Assembly (NCBI GenBank): GCA_051362555.1
Contig: CM120647.1
Location: 12,004,651-12,068,650, forward strand
Length of the DNA: 64,000 bases
From: Lingula anatina
Lineage: Eukaryota; Animalia; Brachiopoda
Direction: 5' to 3'
Below the pieces are notes generated by a model that searched no databases, was not told the DNA's origin, and worked only from the letters and a program-made list of their open reading frames with translations. A program made the position numbers and the translations under genes. Positions 12,368-24,420 of the stretch are shown one piece after another (position 1 is the first letter of the stretch; each line of letters opens with the position of its first letter).

Positions 12368-14899
12368 ATGGAAAAAAAAGGATTGCCAATGTTTTTTATT
12401 TTCCTCGTATTTCTATTAAACTTTCCCAAAATACAGGCTGGGGATGTTACCCCAGATGTGAACTGCCTGAACATTTTGATTAATTCGAGCTGTGAGTTGA
12501 AAATAACGACGAAGAGTACACAACAAATTAACAGCACTCTTTCAGATGCCCAAACCCGATTTGTTCGCTTGAACCCCATAGTCCGACCATATTACAGTGA
12601 TGAGTTCTGGCGTGCTAAGAACAGAAATGACGAAATTGGGAAATATTTCTGGGTTTGGGCTGATGGAGACATTGGGCGACGATTCCTGTCCTTAGACTAC
12701 AATTTCGTGGAAATGTCATTGTGGACTCTTTCACCAGGTGTAAAGAAAATTAACGTTGACTTACACGAGGTACAACACGGATGTTGGGTTACCTTAAACG
12801 TGACAGAACAATTCTGCACCTTAGCATCACTGTTTATTGACACAGTTCATGAAATTTCTCATACACAACATCGCCTGCAGGACAGTATTTTTTGCTATGA
12901 TACACTTGAGACAAGTAGTTACCAGTGTTCAAATGTGTCTAATGTTTCAAATTTAAGTTTTTCGTTAGAAGAAGGTAGGCTTGTCAATTTCACCATTTTA
13001 AAAATTATTGTCATTTCCATATATTTTTATTTTTTACCATCGTTCTTTGTCTCTTTATTTCCAGAGCCACTTACTGCTCGATTTTCTGAACAATTGCGTG
13101 ATAATATGACAAAGTTCGAGATCAATTATCCAACAGCAAAGACACCTCTTGGCAATTTGTTCTCGTTATATAACCGAATTTATGCCTTTTTCGTAGTTAT
13201 TTTAATCTACCTACTAGTCAATTTGCCTTTTGTGTACGTGATATGCACGATCCTCTTTTTCCATCAGGATCACACTGAAACTCATCTTTCAGATCCAAAA
13301 GTGTCTATTCCTCTTTTGCCTTGCCTTTTTATAATTGAATTTTTAGTAACGGGATATTTGGTGCAACAATCGATAAGCCAATTTGAAAAATATAAGAAGA
13401 GAATCAACAAAATTGCGAATTATAAAACTAACTTTCTTAGGTTGGTATTATTTCATCAGCTGACTGATCGCAAGATCGACTGTACAATTGAAAGCTATTT
13501 TGGTCATTATATTTCACTTGAAAATAATTTGAGAAGGAACTGGATAGAGGCAATGAAATTGATAGTAGGTTCGCCAGGAACTCTTTTGAAATGTGAAAAT
13601 AGGTGCTGTTCCATTTTATGGTGCATCATATGTTTTTTTTGGAGAATCACTATAGGGCTGTTTTTTATCTTACTTTGTACGTCACCTTTAATTTGTGTCG
13701 TGTTTGAGGGGATTCTACTGACAACAAAACCAGGCTGTTGCTTATTCATACACATAATACTTGTTATCATCTGGATTTCATATATATTAGTCATTTGCGT
13801 TTGGTCTTCATGGTACTGGGTTTCAGTTGTCACCACAGCTCTAGCTGGTGTCATTTTGAACTACGACATCATATTGCCGTACGTTATGTTAGGTTTATCA
13901 GTGCTTTATTACGTCTGGCATCCTTTCCACGATTTACAAGAAAAGTACCGTGTGTTGAAAATGGTTGCATTTAAAGAATGCTCAGCAAGTGGTCCGAGAT
14001 ACATTAAACTTATTCAAAGCAGCGTTCAGAACACAGTCAGTTCAGACTCGAATACCACACCAAAGGCTGATCAGCCACATAACGGTGAAGGGACAAGTGC
14101 TGATTCTGGAAAGCCACTGTCTACCAAAAATATTCAATCGACAACCCCAGTACCCTCAAATGCCTCAACTGCGGCATTGCATGTAGGTGGTGATGAGGAG
14201 AAAAACTTTGATACTAAAAATGTACTAGGTATCGACAGCAAACAGCCACTTACTCTACTTATTCAAAGCAACATTCAGAACACAGGCAGTTCAGACTCGA
14301 ATACCACACCAAAGGCTGAGCAGCCACATAACGGTGAAGGGACAAGTGCTGATTCTGGAAAGCCACTGTCTACCAAATGTATTCAATCGACAACCCCAGT
14401 ACCCTCAAATTCCTCAACTGCGGCATTGCATGTAGGTAGTGATGAGGAGAAAAAATTTGATACTAAAAATGTACTAGGTATCGACAGCAAACAGCCACTT
14501 ACTCTACAGCAAGGCAATGAAATATACATCCTCTTATACGAAGCAGATGAAAAGGGTTGGGAAAGTATTCCTAAACACCTGTGGACGTTCATTTATACAC
14601 TGTTACTTCCTCGCAATATTGAAATGGCAAAAGCACTCATCAGCTCAATAGCTGCAGTGGTTATGGCGTTCTTTTTCATGTTTACGTTGATGGATTTCCA
14701 TAAATTTTGGGAATTAGAAATTATCGGTCAGGGGGTAGCCTCTCTCATTACTGTGTCAATTCCTAGGCTTGTGTTGGGTTTTGTTAACACGGAGGCTAGC
14801 AAAGATAGTCTGAAGCGCAGCTGGGAGGTTGCAGTCAGAGATATAGTAAAAAGGTATATTAAAAAAAATGAGATTCCCGATCCAAGAACTGCCCATTAA
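12368..14899 (+). CDS. Orphan multi-pass membrane protein family, copy 2 (intact, ~843 aa, single coding exon)
   Basis: Uninterrupted ORF. N-terminal signal peptide (MEKKGLPMFFIFLVFLLNFPKIQAG), ~180-aa Cys-containing ectodomain with N-glycosylation sequons, ~8-10 hydrophobic segments, and a long S/T/D-rich loop before the last two helices. Paralogs in this window confirm the coding frame. I do not recognise the family. Confidence 0.93.
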   Translation: MEKKGLPMFFIFLVFLLNFPKIQAGDVTPDVNCLNILINSSCELKITTKSTQQINSTLSDAQTRFVRLNPIVRPYYSDEFWRAKNRNDEIGKYFWVWADGDIGRRFLSLDYNFVEMSLWTLSPGVKKINVDLHEVQHGCWVTLNVTEQFCTLASLFIDTVHEISHTQHRLQDSIFCYDTLETSSYQCSNVSNVSNLSFSLEEGRLVNFTILKIIVISIYFYFLPSFFVSLFPEPLTARFSEQLRDNMTKFEINYPTAKTPLGNLFSLYNRIYAFFVVILIYLLVNLPFVYVICTILFFHQDHTETHLSDPKVSIPLLPCLFIIEFLVTGYLVQQSISQFEKYKKRINKIANYKTNFLRLVLFHQLTDRKIDCTIESYFGHYISLENNLRRNWIEAMKLIVGSPGTLLKCENRCCSILWCIICFFWRITIGLFFILLCTSPLICVVFEGILLTTKPGCCLFIHIILVIIWISYILVICVWSSWYWVSVVTTALAGVILNYDIILPYVMLGLSVLYYVWHPFHDLQEKYRVLKMVAFKECSASGPRYIKLIQSSVQNTVSSDSNTTPKADQPHNGEGTSADSGKPLSTKNIQSTTPVPSNASTAALHVGGDEEKNFDTKNVLGIDSKQPLTLLIQSNIQNTGSSDSNTTPKAEQPHNGEGTSADSGKPLSTKCIQSTTPVPSNSSTAALHVGSDEEKKFDTKNVLGIDSKQPLTLQQGNEIYILLYEADEKGWESIPKHLWTFIYTLLLPRNIEMAKALISSIAAVVMAFFFMFTLMDFHKFWELEIIGQGVASLITVSIPRLVLGFVNTEASKDSLKRSWEVAVRDIVKRYIKKNEIPDPRTAH
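14012..14507 (+). repeat. In-frame 249-bp (83-aa) tandem duplication in the loop of copy 2
   Basis: attcaaagc at 14012 and 14261. IQSSVQNTVSSDSNTTPK...IDSKQPLTL is repeated as IQSNIQNTGSSDSNTTPK...IDSKQPLTL. Confidence 0.95.
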
Positions 14900-14951
14900 T
14901 GTGATGCTTTAACTGATTACTTTATGTCATCATACTAAAGGTGTCTTATAA

Positions 14952-15199
14952 GGGCCATTCCCACAGATATCTAGATCGATCTAAGTCCCTGGGAAGTCTC
15001 ACTAAATTGCTGTCAACTTCGCCGGCTTAAATGTCTCTCACGCCCAGTAAAGCTGTTAGGGGGTAATTATCTTTACCCCCTAGCTGATTCGCTAAGCGTG
15101 ACAGACATTTGAGCCGGTTAAATTGATATCAATTTAGTGAGACTCCCCAGGGAATTAGACCGATCCAGATGGATCGATCTAGGCATGGTAACTCAGTCA
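14952..15199. mobile_element. Palindromic MITE (PIF/Harbinger-like family), 3' of copy 2
   Basis: Follows TAA and begins GGGCCATTCCCA. Long internal inverted arms (ccctgggaagtctcactaaattg / caatttagtgagactccccaggg). Related to 18747-18966 and 46242-46443. Confidence 0.7.
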
Positions 15200-16961
15200 T
15201 AGGAATAATGTGAACATAGATAATATTATTTTGTACTTCAATTTATACTGCAGCTTACGTCTTCCGCAATTTAGACAATAAAAAAGATAAAGACCCTAAA
15301 TTGAATTTACCTGATGTCGATATCTTTTTCTGAGATGAACACGAAGGGTTTGAGCCATCATTTTTGTGCAGGAGAACATTGTCTTTATCTCAAGAAAAAT
15401 TAGATTTGGCGCGAAAAATCCCAGTTACGTTTGTACATATATGTTCCCTTTTTCGTAATTTAGTGCATATATTTATCATCATGATCTTTATTCATCCTTC
15501 GTCCTTGGCGGAATGGCAGTAGCAGAAGCAACATGTTAACACCACAGTCGATGGGCTGGTCTTCAACCAGAGTGAGAATACTGACATCGTTTACTCCCCC
15601 CTGTTTAATTTCCCATCTATAAACACTTCAAAAGCATTTCTCCTCTCTTTTCCCTCTCAACCTGTTTTCCAGTATCAAGCTGTCAACGAAATTGGTAGTA
15701 TCAGTAGTAGTTAGTTGATACTGTGAGAGACTTGGCTCTGGTCAGGAGTTAGGTTACATATGTTAGAAATACAGAAATATATGTTACATTGTATATATAA
15801 GAATGAAAACTATATATATAGAACAGATTTATGGCATAGTCTGAGATGTTTTGCCTAATGTCACTATGTTTGTACTATAGTTATAGTATATATAAGACTG
15901 TATGTATACGCCATATATTCATATAAAGATGGCACTTTTCTTCTGATGGTTCTTATCAATGACGAAGTAAAATGCTGCGTGAAATCTATGTGTTTAATGA
16001 CAATAATTGTTTTATAAACAGGAATGGTTTACATTTGTTTGTATCGGCGTTTTTGTGACCAACTAGTAAGCATCTTGCACAATTTCTATTGGAAATTTAG
16101 GATTGTTTTTGAACGTGTATTGTAAATGAGTGTATGTTTTGAGTCACACACTATAAATAAGAATGAAAACTATGAATATGAAAGGTCCCAGTTGCTAACG
16201 TTCCTATATCAGAGTTACACATAGTTCTTTTCTATTGTAAGTACATAACTGTATATAATGAGACTAAATTAAACAATTTAAAGAAATTATTTCAATTCCA
16301 ATATGTTGTTTTCATGTTCATTGAGCGCGATGTCTTTTGCATTTCTTCCAGGAAAAGGGGCGGAGCCCAGATAAATCGATCATTAATAAAAACCAAGCCA
16401 GACACCTTAAATAGCATGTCGAAAAAATAAACAAACTCTCTTTCATATTTGTTCGTAAAGTGCATTTAGGCACCTAAAACTTCTAAAGATCAATTGCCAA
16501 CATTTTCTACGGATCAAGTTTGTATTTCCTTTGTGTACGTTCTATTATTCTATTCGATGGAGCGTAAAGCTTTACACTTGTCATTCGCAGCATGACATCG
16601 AAACAGCCAAATATTATTCAAGCTTATTATCGTTGCTTAAACCTCTTCGGATACACTATTAGCCGCTTATTTATGCAAATATTTGGCTGTATGGATGGAC
16701 AAGGAGCACAGACATTTGTTATTCGAATATAAAAATTGGCAAGGGTAAGGACATAAAAAACTTCTCTGGGCATTTTTGCACGTTTCAGGTCGCAAAGTGA
16801 GAGACAGATCCTGTCTACTGTTTACCGTATTTTTTTCATTAATTTTGCCTATTTCTAAAGGAAATTGTAGAGCAGGCTAGCTCAAAGGAATGTGAACATT
16901 CCTTATCAACAAAAATTCTATAGAAACAAGATGTCAACACTTTGCAGGCATTTTACACTGA

Positions 16962-17006
<45 letters not shown>

Positions 17007-17024
17007 AGGCGTTGGAATATTAAA

Positions 17025-17830
17025 TGAAAATAAACAAACGAGTTCAAACCAAATAATTGATGTGGGTTATTTACTCAAATACTAACGAAACGAAACGTGC
17101 TTTAGGGCTCACTTTGTGTGTATTCGCCTTTCTAAAGTCAAGGTCAAAGCATTGACATGACCGAACAGACGCGTCACGGGCTCTGTAGACCTTATTTGCG
17201 ACACTCTTAACGTATTAATGGAACGTTCAGCTGGCAAATAAATTGATAATGCTATGTGGACCATTGGGAATATCAACAAGTAAAACTGTCCTCCCCAGGT
17301 TATGTTGTTCTGTGCGGTTTACTGCGTTTCGTAGCTCTGTCTTATTGGTTAAAAAGGTGCAAAGTATATGAAATATTAACTGGTGTTTGTGTGGTTTCTT
17401 GATACCAAAACAATTTTTCTTCTGTGTATTGAGTATGTTTACAAAATTACTTTATCTAATTAGATGTGAGTTAGCTGGTGCGGCTTGAAATTACGGGTTG
17501 CATTGCCCTACGTTATGTAGGTTTTAGCAGTGCTTTATGTAATATATAATATTTTCCACGATTTAAGAGAAAAGTACAATGTATTAAAGATACTTTATTA
17601 AAGACTACTCGTCACGTGGTCTGAAGTATCTTAAACATTCTCAGATCAAAGCTCAGATTATAGACGGTTTCAGCTCGCATGCCTCACCAAATAATGAAGA
17701 AGTACATAACGGTGAAGATTAAAGCGCTGACTACACACTGTTGTTGGGACCGTAAAAAATTCAGGACCTCAATATAATTCAAGTACAGCATCTCTAAACC
17801 ACGTAACGATAGGATGGCATGTTGTCGGTA
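17025..17830 (+). pseudogene. Copy 3: promoter block plus decayed internal fragment of the membrane-protein gene
   Basis: 17025-17260 matches the family promoter, with the donor mutated to gctatgt. 17470-17760 matches the LAGAIINYDIVLPYVMLILAVLYY...FHDL.EKY...SSRGLKY region with stops and indels. Confidence 0.75.
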
Positions 17831-18379
17831 ATAAGGCTATTTTGACGTTGGTGTATTTGACGGAACCGATTCAACTTCTGAACTGTTCTCACTCGTGCTC
17901 TCCTAGATTCCATGTGGTACTGACGGTCAAGGTCACAAGAGAGAAGGCTTCAATTTGACAACTCCAATTGTCTGGACAACTCACCACATTAAAAGCAAAA
18001 AAATCCCAGTCTTAATCTTTAAATCATGACATATTGGCAAGAAATGTGAATACCCGCTTATAATTAGTTTTGGACTTTAGAGTTAATAAGACCCACAATA
18101 TTTCACAGTCGCAAAATGGAATATCAAGTTCATTTCTAAATGTATTTCCCGATCAGGCCTTATGGACTGACTACAAGGGCGGTAGCAAAAAATAGTCTAT
18201 AGCGTCGTTGAAAGACTCCAGTCCGAGAAATCGAGACTATGTAAAAGACAATGAGGTTCCCTAACCAAGAAGTGAAGATAAAAGTAATATTTCAATTGGT
18301 TTTGAATGGGTTGTTTACAGTATATGCAGTATGTGCAGTATATGACATTTGAAAATGTCCCAAAGACATTGTAGTTAAT

Positions 18380-18580
18380 ATTTAAAATATGTTTCTGTGA
18401 CTATCGTTTACCAAGATATGAGTATGTTGGTGATCCACCCCATCCAATGACGACCATTTTGGATTTTGTCCAAAAGCGACTTTGCCATGGGAGGATGTGG
18501 GTTATATTGAGCCTTCAACTGACCGGAATCAGACGATAAAAAAGTGTCACAATTTGAAGATTGGCTCGTTTACTGGCCTA
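18380..18580. mobile_element. Terminal fragment of the element family at 35643-37380 (Academ-like, tentative)
   Basis: Similar to 37150-37380 and ends ...tttactggcccta (TAGGGCC on the - strand). It has the same right flank as the 37380 copy. Confidence 0.4.
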
Positions 18581-18746
18581 TTTGAGTGTATTTGACCATT
18601 TGTATATATTTACATAAAAATGCCATAAAAATATTTCTTCTGATGATGATTCAATGAAACTATGAGGAGGTTAACTGTTGTGTGAAATCTTTGTGTTGAT
18701 TGATGGCTGTATAACAAACGGGAATATCTTTCATCAGTAACTCTAT

Positions 18747-18966
18747 GACCCCATTCCCATCGATTTTAGATCGATCTATCCCTGTGGGGATTGTCACTAG
18801 ATTACTTAGCCGGCTTAATTATGTCTGTCCCGCCTACTAAAAGCTGTAAGGGGCTTATTAACTATGGTGCGCGCTCGGCTGACTGCAATTTAGCGTGAAC
18901 CCCCAGGGAGTTAGGTCGATCTAAGTCTAAATCTCTGGATCGATATTAATCTCTGGGAATGCACCC
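18747..18966. mobile_element. MITE (PIF/Harbinger-like), inverted relative to the 46242 copy
   Basis: Termini gaccccattccca ... tgggaatgcaccc. The paralogous site at ~37530 lacks the element (empty site). Confidence 0.8.
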
Positions 18967-18984
18967 CATGTTTTTATTTTCTGT

Positions 18985-20340
18985 AACCAACTAGTGAGCA
19001 TCTTGCACAATCCCCTGCAAATTAAGGATTGTTTGCCCATAATGAAATTCTATTGTGCATGAGTGAATTTTTTTAGTAATCTTGTAAAATTTGAATAAGA
19101 ACTGTTTGTATATCAAAGGTACCAGTTTGAGACGGAATTGTTTATTCAGTAATTAATGTACTTTCCAAATATCAAAGTTACTCATCGTTCTCATTTATTG
19201 TAAATGCTTTTACATTGTGAATTAATTCAATCCTACTGAGTTGTTTTGATACTCGTACAGCACAATATCTTTGGTATTTCTTCCAGGAAAAGGGGCGGAG
19301 CCCAGACATATCAATCATTAATGAAAACGTAGTTTCAACATCGTGTCAAGTCAGTAAACAATCCCTGTATTTCTTTTATTCTTAAAGCACATATTGGGCG
19401 CCTAGAGCTGCTACTGATCAACTGTCAACATTTTCTAAAGGTCGAGTTTATATTTCCTTTGAATACCAGTACGTTCTATTATTCTATTCGATGGAGTGTA
19501 AGGCTATTCTCATATATCAAGCGCCGCATTGTATTGAAGCAGCCAAAATGCCTCCTTATTTTATATATCATTAACGTATTTTCGTTGCGAAATCCTATCG
19601 GATACATGTTTGTCGCATTTTTTAATCCATTTTAGATATACACCGTTTAGATGTCTATCGCAGTCAATGCCGCTGCTTTGAAGGTTTCTTCGAATTCTCT
19701 ACTGTAATTGACAGCAAATCTCCCCTGTAGTGTTCTGGTTAAAATAAAATATATCTTATCATAGCACTGACCATTTCAGCTAGTCTTTAATTTTATTGCT
19801 ATGAAAAATGTGAATAAGGGTCTCGTGGTACCTGTATTTATTTTAAATCTACAAAAAATTGGAATCTTGGTCTTAAATAAAGACCAACTTTGTGTCATCT
19901 ACAAGAATGTGAATGGGAACTATGTGTATGGAAGGTCTCAGTTTGTGACGGAATTGTTTTTCAGTTGCTAACGTAAGTTCCAATATTAAAGTTACTCATT
20001 TATTGTAAATTCTTTTTCATTGTGAATTAATTCAACCATACTGAGTTGTTTTGATACTCGCATAGCACAATGTATTTGGTATTTCTTCCAGGAAAAGGGG
20101 CGGAGCCCAGACATATCAATCTATAACGAAAGCGTAGTTTCAATATCGTGTCAAGTCAGTAAACAATACGTGTTTTCTTTCATTCTTTAAGTCCATTCTG
20201 TGCCCCTAAAACACCTATTGATCAAATGCTAAATTTTTCACAGGGCAATTTTGTATTCCTTTGTGTACGTTCTATTATTGTATTTGGTGGAGCGTAATGC
20301 TATTCGCTTGTCAATACGCCGAATTGTGATTAATCAGCAA
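18985..20340. repeat. Segmental tandem duplication of an intergenic module (paralogs at 16040-16700, 33630-34030, 37550-40220)
   Basis: Recurrent block ...gtttgagacggaattgttt...ctgagttgttttgata...atttcttccaggaaaaggggcggagcccagacatatcaatcattaa... Confidence 0.85.
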
Positions 20341-20575
20341 ACTTTTTCTTTAATATTCATTATAGTATATATACTAGCGTGTTATTGTTATAACTGTTCT
20401 ATTTGGGGTGATTTACCGGGCTTGTAAAATATACGGGTAAAGGATACGGTTCTTAGGAAAGACATTTATATGTTTGATTATACATGTCAAGTAACCTATA
20501 CTTCAGGATTTTTATGCAAATCGCGATTTATGATAAATCAAGTTGATGTCATGTTTCAATAGAAAAAAAAAGGTG

Positions 20576-20676
<101 letters not shown>

Positions 20677-21771
20677 CCCCTTTTTACAGACCCTGAAATC
20701 AACCAGAGGGAAATGGAAACAATTGGATTACTGATGTTTTTCATTCTTATTTTATTTAAAAGGACACAAAAGAGGATTTTCGCGCCAAAATTGATTTATC
20801 CCGAGGTAACACTACTTTTCCGCGATTTACCAACCTTTAATCTATCATTCCCGGCACTCGCCATCGCTCTGTAACATTTTTGGAAAATACAATAAAAAGA
20901 AAACCTCCGCTTAAGCGGAGGCTTACCAACAACCACCTCCATTTTCACACTCGAACTCTTTAGACTTCCGGATATCGCGAGATTCTCGTATTGCGACCTA
21001 GTTAAAACCAGTTCAAGCTGCCGGGAAAAGACAAGATGGCACAGGAGACTCCATCGAAGAAGGGAAGAAAGATAAAAAGAAAAAGGAAATACCCTTCACA
21101 AAAATCAACACCAGAGAAAATGCGTAAAACAGTGTATCAGCAAATGTGCGACAGGCAAACAATAAACACCGGCGAGGAATAAGGCAGATGAAAACCTGCT
21201 TGGGTGGCCAAGGCTACTGTACGCAGGATCGCCTGGCCGCGAAGTATTTACTGGGTTTGTGAGTACCATTTACAATACTGTTTGAGATAAGACACCAGTG
21301 AAAATATTTATTAAGCACAGAGATTAATGTTTATTTACGTGTGATCGTTGTATTTCCTAACGATTGTCAGGCTCGTCTGTCAAAATATGCCATGAAATTG
21401 TAACTAATATGAGTGGTATCTATGACAGAAATTGCAAGTGTTGCTCATATGTCGACTCTGACAGGGTTTGGGTTAGTTTATAGAGCAAAGAAAGATTAAA
21501 TAGAAATGGACATGGTGGGTGATACTAGTCTCATTACATGTACATTACAATGACCGGGGCGAATTTTTTGACTTACCGAGGGCACATTTCTTGTGCCTCT
21601 AACATCTGGGCAAACCACAGTAATTAAGACGTATGACCAAGATGCAGAAGATGAATGTGCAGAAGCTGTTATTGTATCTAAGTTTAACTCGATGTTAAAT
21701 GGCATGTCAACTATAATTGAAAATATCTTTGAGTAGTATTTTGATTTTATATTCTAAAGACAATTTGTCTC

Positions 21772-24163
21772 CTTTTTATGTACAGACACAGATGTGTCTG
21801 TACATATAGCCATCATCTGCGTCTGTCGTCGCCGTCGTCACTGTCGTCGCCGTCGCCGTGCACTTTTACCGATAACACAATAAGTGGAAAACCATTTTAC
21901 CTTTTGACTTGAAACTTACAGAACTGATGAATATTCATAATACGCAGGTCAAGTTCGAAAATCAGCATGATCGGGTCACTTTTAGGGAATTTATGCTGTT
22001 TTTTCACTTTTTTCAGCATGTATGCAGCACCGATAACACGATAAGTGGAAAACCATTTTACCTTTTGACTTGAAACTTACAGAACTGATGAATATTCATA
22101 ATACGCAGGTCAAGTTCGAAAATCAGCATGATCGGGTCACTTTAAGGGAATTTATGCTGTTTTTTCACTTTTTTCAGCATATATGCAGCACCGATAACAC
22201 GATAAGTGGAAAACCATTTTACCTTTTGACTTGAAACTTACAGAACTGATGAATATTCATAATACGCAGGTCAAGTTCGAAAATCAGCATGATCGGGTCA
22301 CTTTTAGGTAATTTATGCTGTTTTTTCACTATTTTCAATATAAATGCAACACTGATAACACAATATAAGAAAAACGGATTGGCCAATTGTAATTATACTC
22401 ACAGGAGTGGTCAATCTTACTAAAACGCAGGTTGAGTTCGAAAATAAGCATAATCGGGCCATTACTTAAGAAGTTATACTGTTTTTTCACATTTCCTCAG
22501 ATTCAATTATTAGGCATGTTAACAGTCTCATTATTTAATTAATAAGATGCCTAAAAGTGTTTGTTTGATATTTCCTGCATCTTTACAACATTGTTAGTTG
22601 ATTATGTAAAAAACATGGTAAACTTGTTATCATGTATTTTGTAATAAAGTGTCAAAAATGGAAATAAACTCATATCATTGCAGTTTTTCAGATTCAATCA
22701 TCCACTATGTTCAGAATCTCAGAATGGAGGAAATTGGACATTTAACACTGTTCTATTGATACTTTTCCCATCTCATCAATTTTCTTAGTTGGACATATAA
22801 AAATGGCAGTAAAATGTTTATTTTGTTTTATGTTAAAAAAGTGTTAAAAATGGAAATAAACCCATTTCAGAACAGTGCTGTCTTGTTTACATTTTGGCAT
22901 TATCAAGGCGTGACTTTGAAGTTCCATGGGCCTGAAGACCTTTGCTAGTCACATTTTCTGAATATCTGTGATACAAATATTTTATAATTAAAAATTGATG
23001 GTCATTAAGCTGTTAAACATTATGTAATATTGCATCAAAATTTGAAGAAACCCCCATTTTGGGCACTGCTTCCATGATGACCATTTAAGGAAAATCATGT
23101 CACTAACTGTTCTCAAACTTACAGGATAGAAACATGGGACTAAAATACAGCTTCAGTAGGCAATGCAGTCTGTTTGATAAATTTTTCTGGTAGTTAAGCA
23201 GTTTTTTTGTGAAAATTTAATTTTTCACATATTGGCATTTTCAATGTATGACTTTGAAGTTCCATGATCCTGAAGACCTTTGCTTGTCACATTTTCTGAA
23301 TATGCCTTATACTAATATTCTATTAAATAAAAATTGATGGTCATATATGCTGTTAAGCATTATGTAATGTTGCTTCAAAATAGAAGAAAACACAATTTTT
23401 GGTGCTGCTGCCATGATGACCATGATGGGAAAACCGTGTTACTTATGACTGTCAAACCTTAAAAAAAGAAACACTGTACTAAAATGCAGCCTGAGTTGGA
23501 AAAGCAGTCTAATTAGCTTCTTTTTTCTGGAAGTTATACATTTGAGTGAAATATTCATTAACTTTTTGGCATATTCATTGTGGGACTCGGAGCTCCCATG
23601 GACATGAAGCCGAATGGTAATCAAATTTTCTACATGTCCATGCTATTTGTAATCAATAATCAAAAATTGGTGATAATTATTCTATAATTTATTATGCAAT
23701 GTTACATCAAAATTTACAATAATCTTTTTGCACTGCTACTGCAAACATTATGAAAAGAAAACTGTGTTACTTATTATTATTTTTAACTTATGAGAATGAT
23801 TTTTAGGATTGGCATGCAGTTAAAATTAGAAAGCTAGGTCAATTGGGTTATCGTTTATTATTGAATTTATGCAATTTTGTGTGAAATTTTCATTTTTTTA
23901 TTCTGGCACTTTCTAAGTATAAACTTGAACTCTGATGGGCCTGAAGCCTTATGCTTTCACTTTGGTCAGTGTTACCTGCTGTGCATAATTAAAATATGAT
24001 GTTGCAGTTAAACATAATGTATCATTTCATCAGAATTGGTAGTCTCCTATTTTGTGCATTATTGTTTTGTGATTTTCTTAAGATGTGACTTATGGGCCTG
24101 AAGGGTCTTTGAGAGGGTCAGTCTGTAAATTTCCCTTGGGTATCACTTAGCTAAGCTCTGAGT
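21772..24163 (+). mobile_element. Helentron-associated (HINE/DINE-like) element nested in the Kolobok element
   Basis: T-run followed by the 5' hairpin atgtacagacac-a-gat-gtgtctgtacat, a (CGT/GTC)n microsatellite, 161-bp core tandem repeats, and a 3' subterminal gtctgta at 24121. Confidence 0.6.
21869..22500. repeat. 161-bp satellite-like core repeats (3 near-identical plus diverged copies)
   Basis: ccgataacac starts at 21869, 22030 and 22191. A diverged fourth unit starts at ~22352. Confidence 0.95.
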
Positions 24164-24164
24164 T

Positions 24165-24321
24165 ATAAAGTAATTTGCCTAATTGATTATTAATAGGTCA
24201 TTAAATGAGATTACATAAAGCACACTTGTTGATATCTCCCTGTAAACTCCCAAAGGTTAAGCTCTCTGCTAGATTAATAATAAGGAAGCAGTGATAATTA
24301 TGGAGGTAAATTATGCAGGTA

Positions 24322-24366
<45 letters not shown>

Positions 24367-24420
24367 CAACAATTGCTGCCTGGGCAGAGGTCTGCACTCT
24401 CGGAGTGCTTTTCTAGTTTT
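24165..24420 (+). mobile_element. 3' end of a second Helentron/Helitron-type non-autonomous element
   Basis: Ends ggcagaggtctgcactctcggagtgcttttctagtttt: a gcactc/gagtgc hairpin followed by CTAG and a T-run. Confidence 0.55.

Noticed and set aside
12368-14899. Calling the protein a GPCR or a known channel
   Set aside because: No DRY/NPxxY, GPS or pore-loop signature is recognisable, and the helix count is not clearly seven.
21869-22500. 161-bp array as a stand-alone satellite or CRISPR
   Set aside because: The whole unit is repeated, and it lies inside a HINE-like element as its core repeats.
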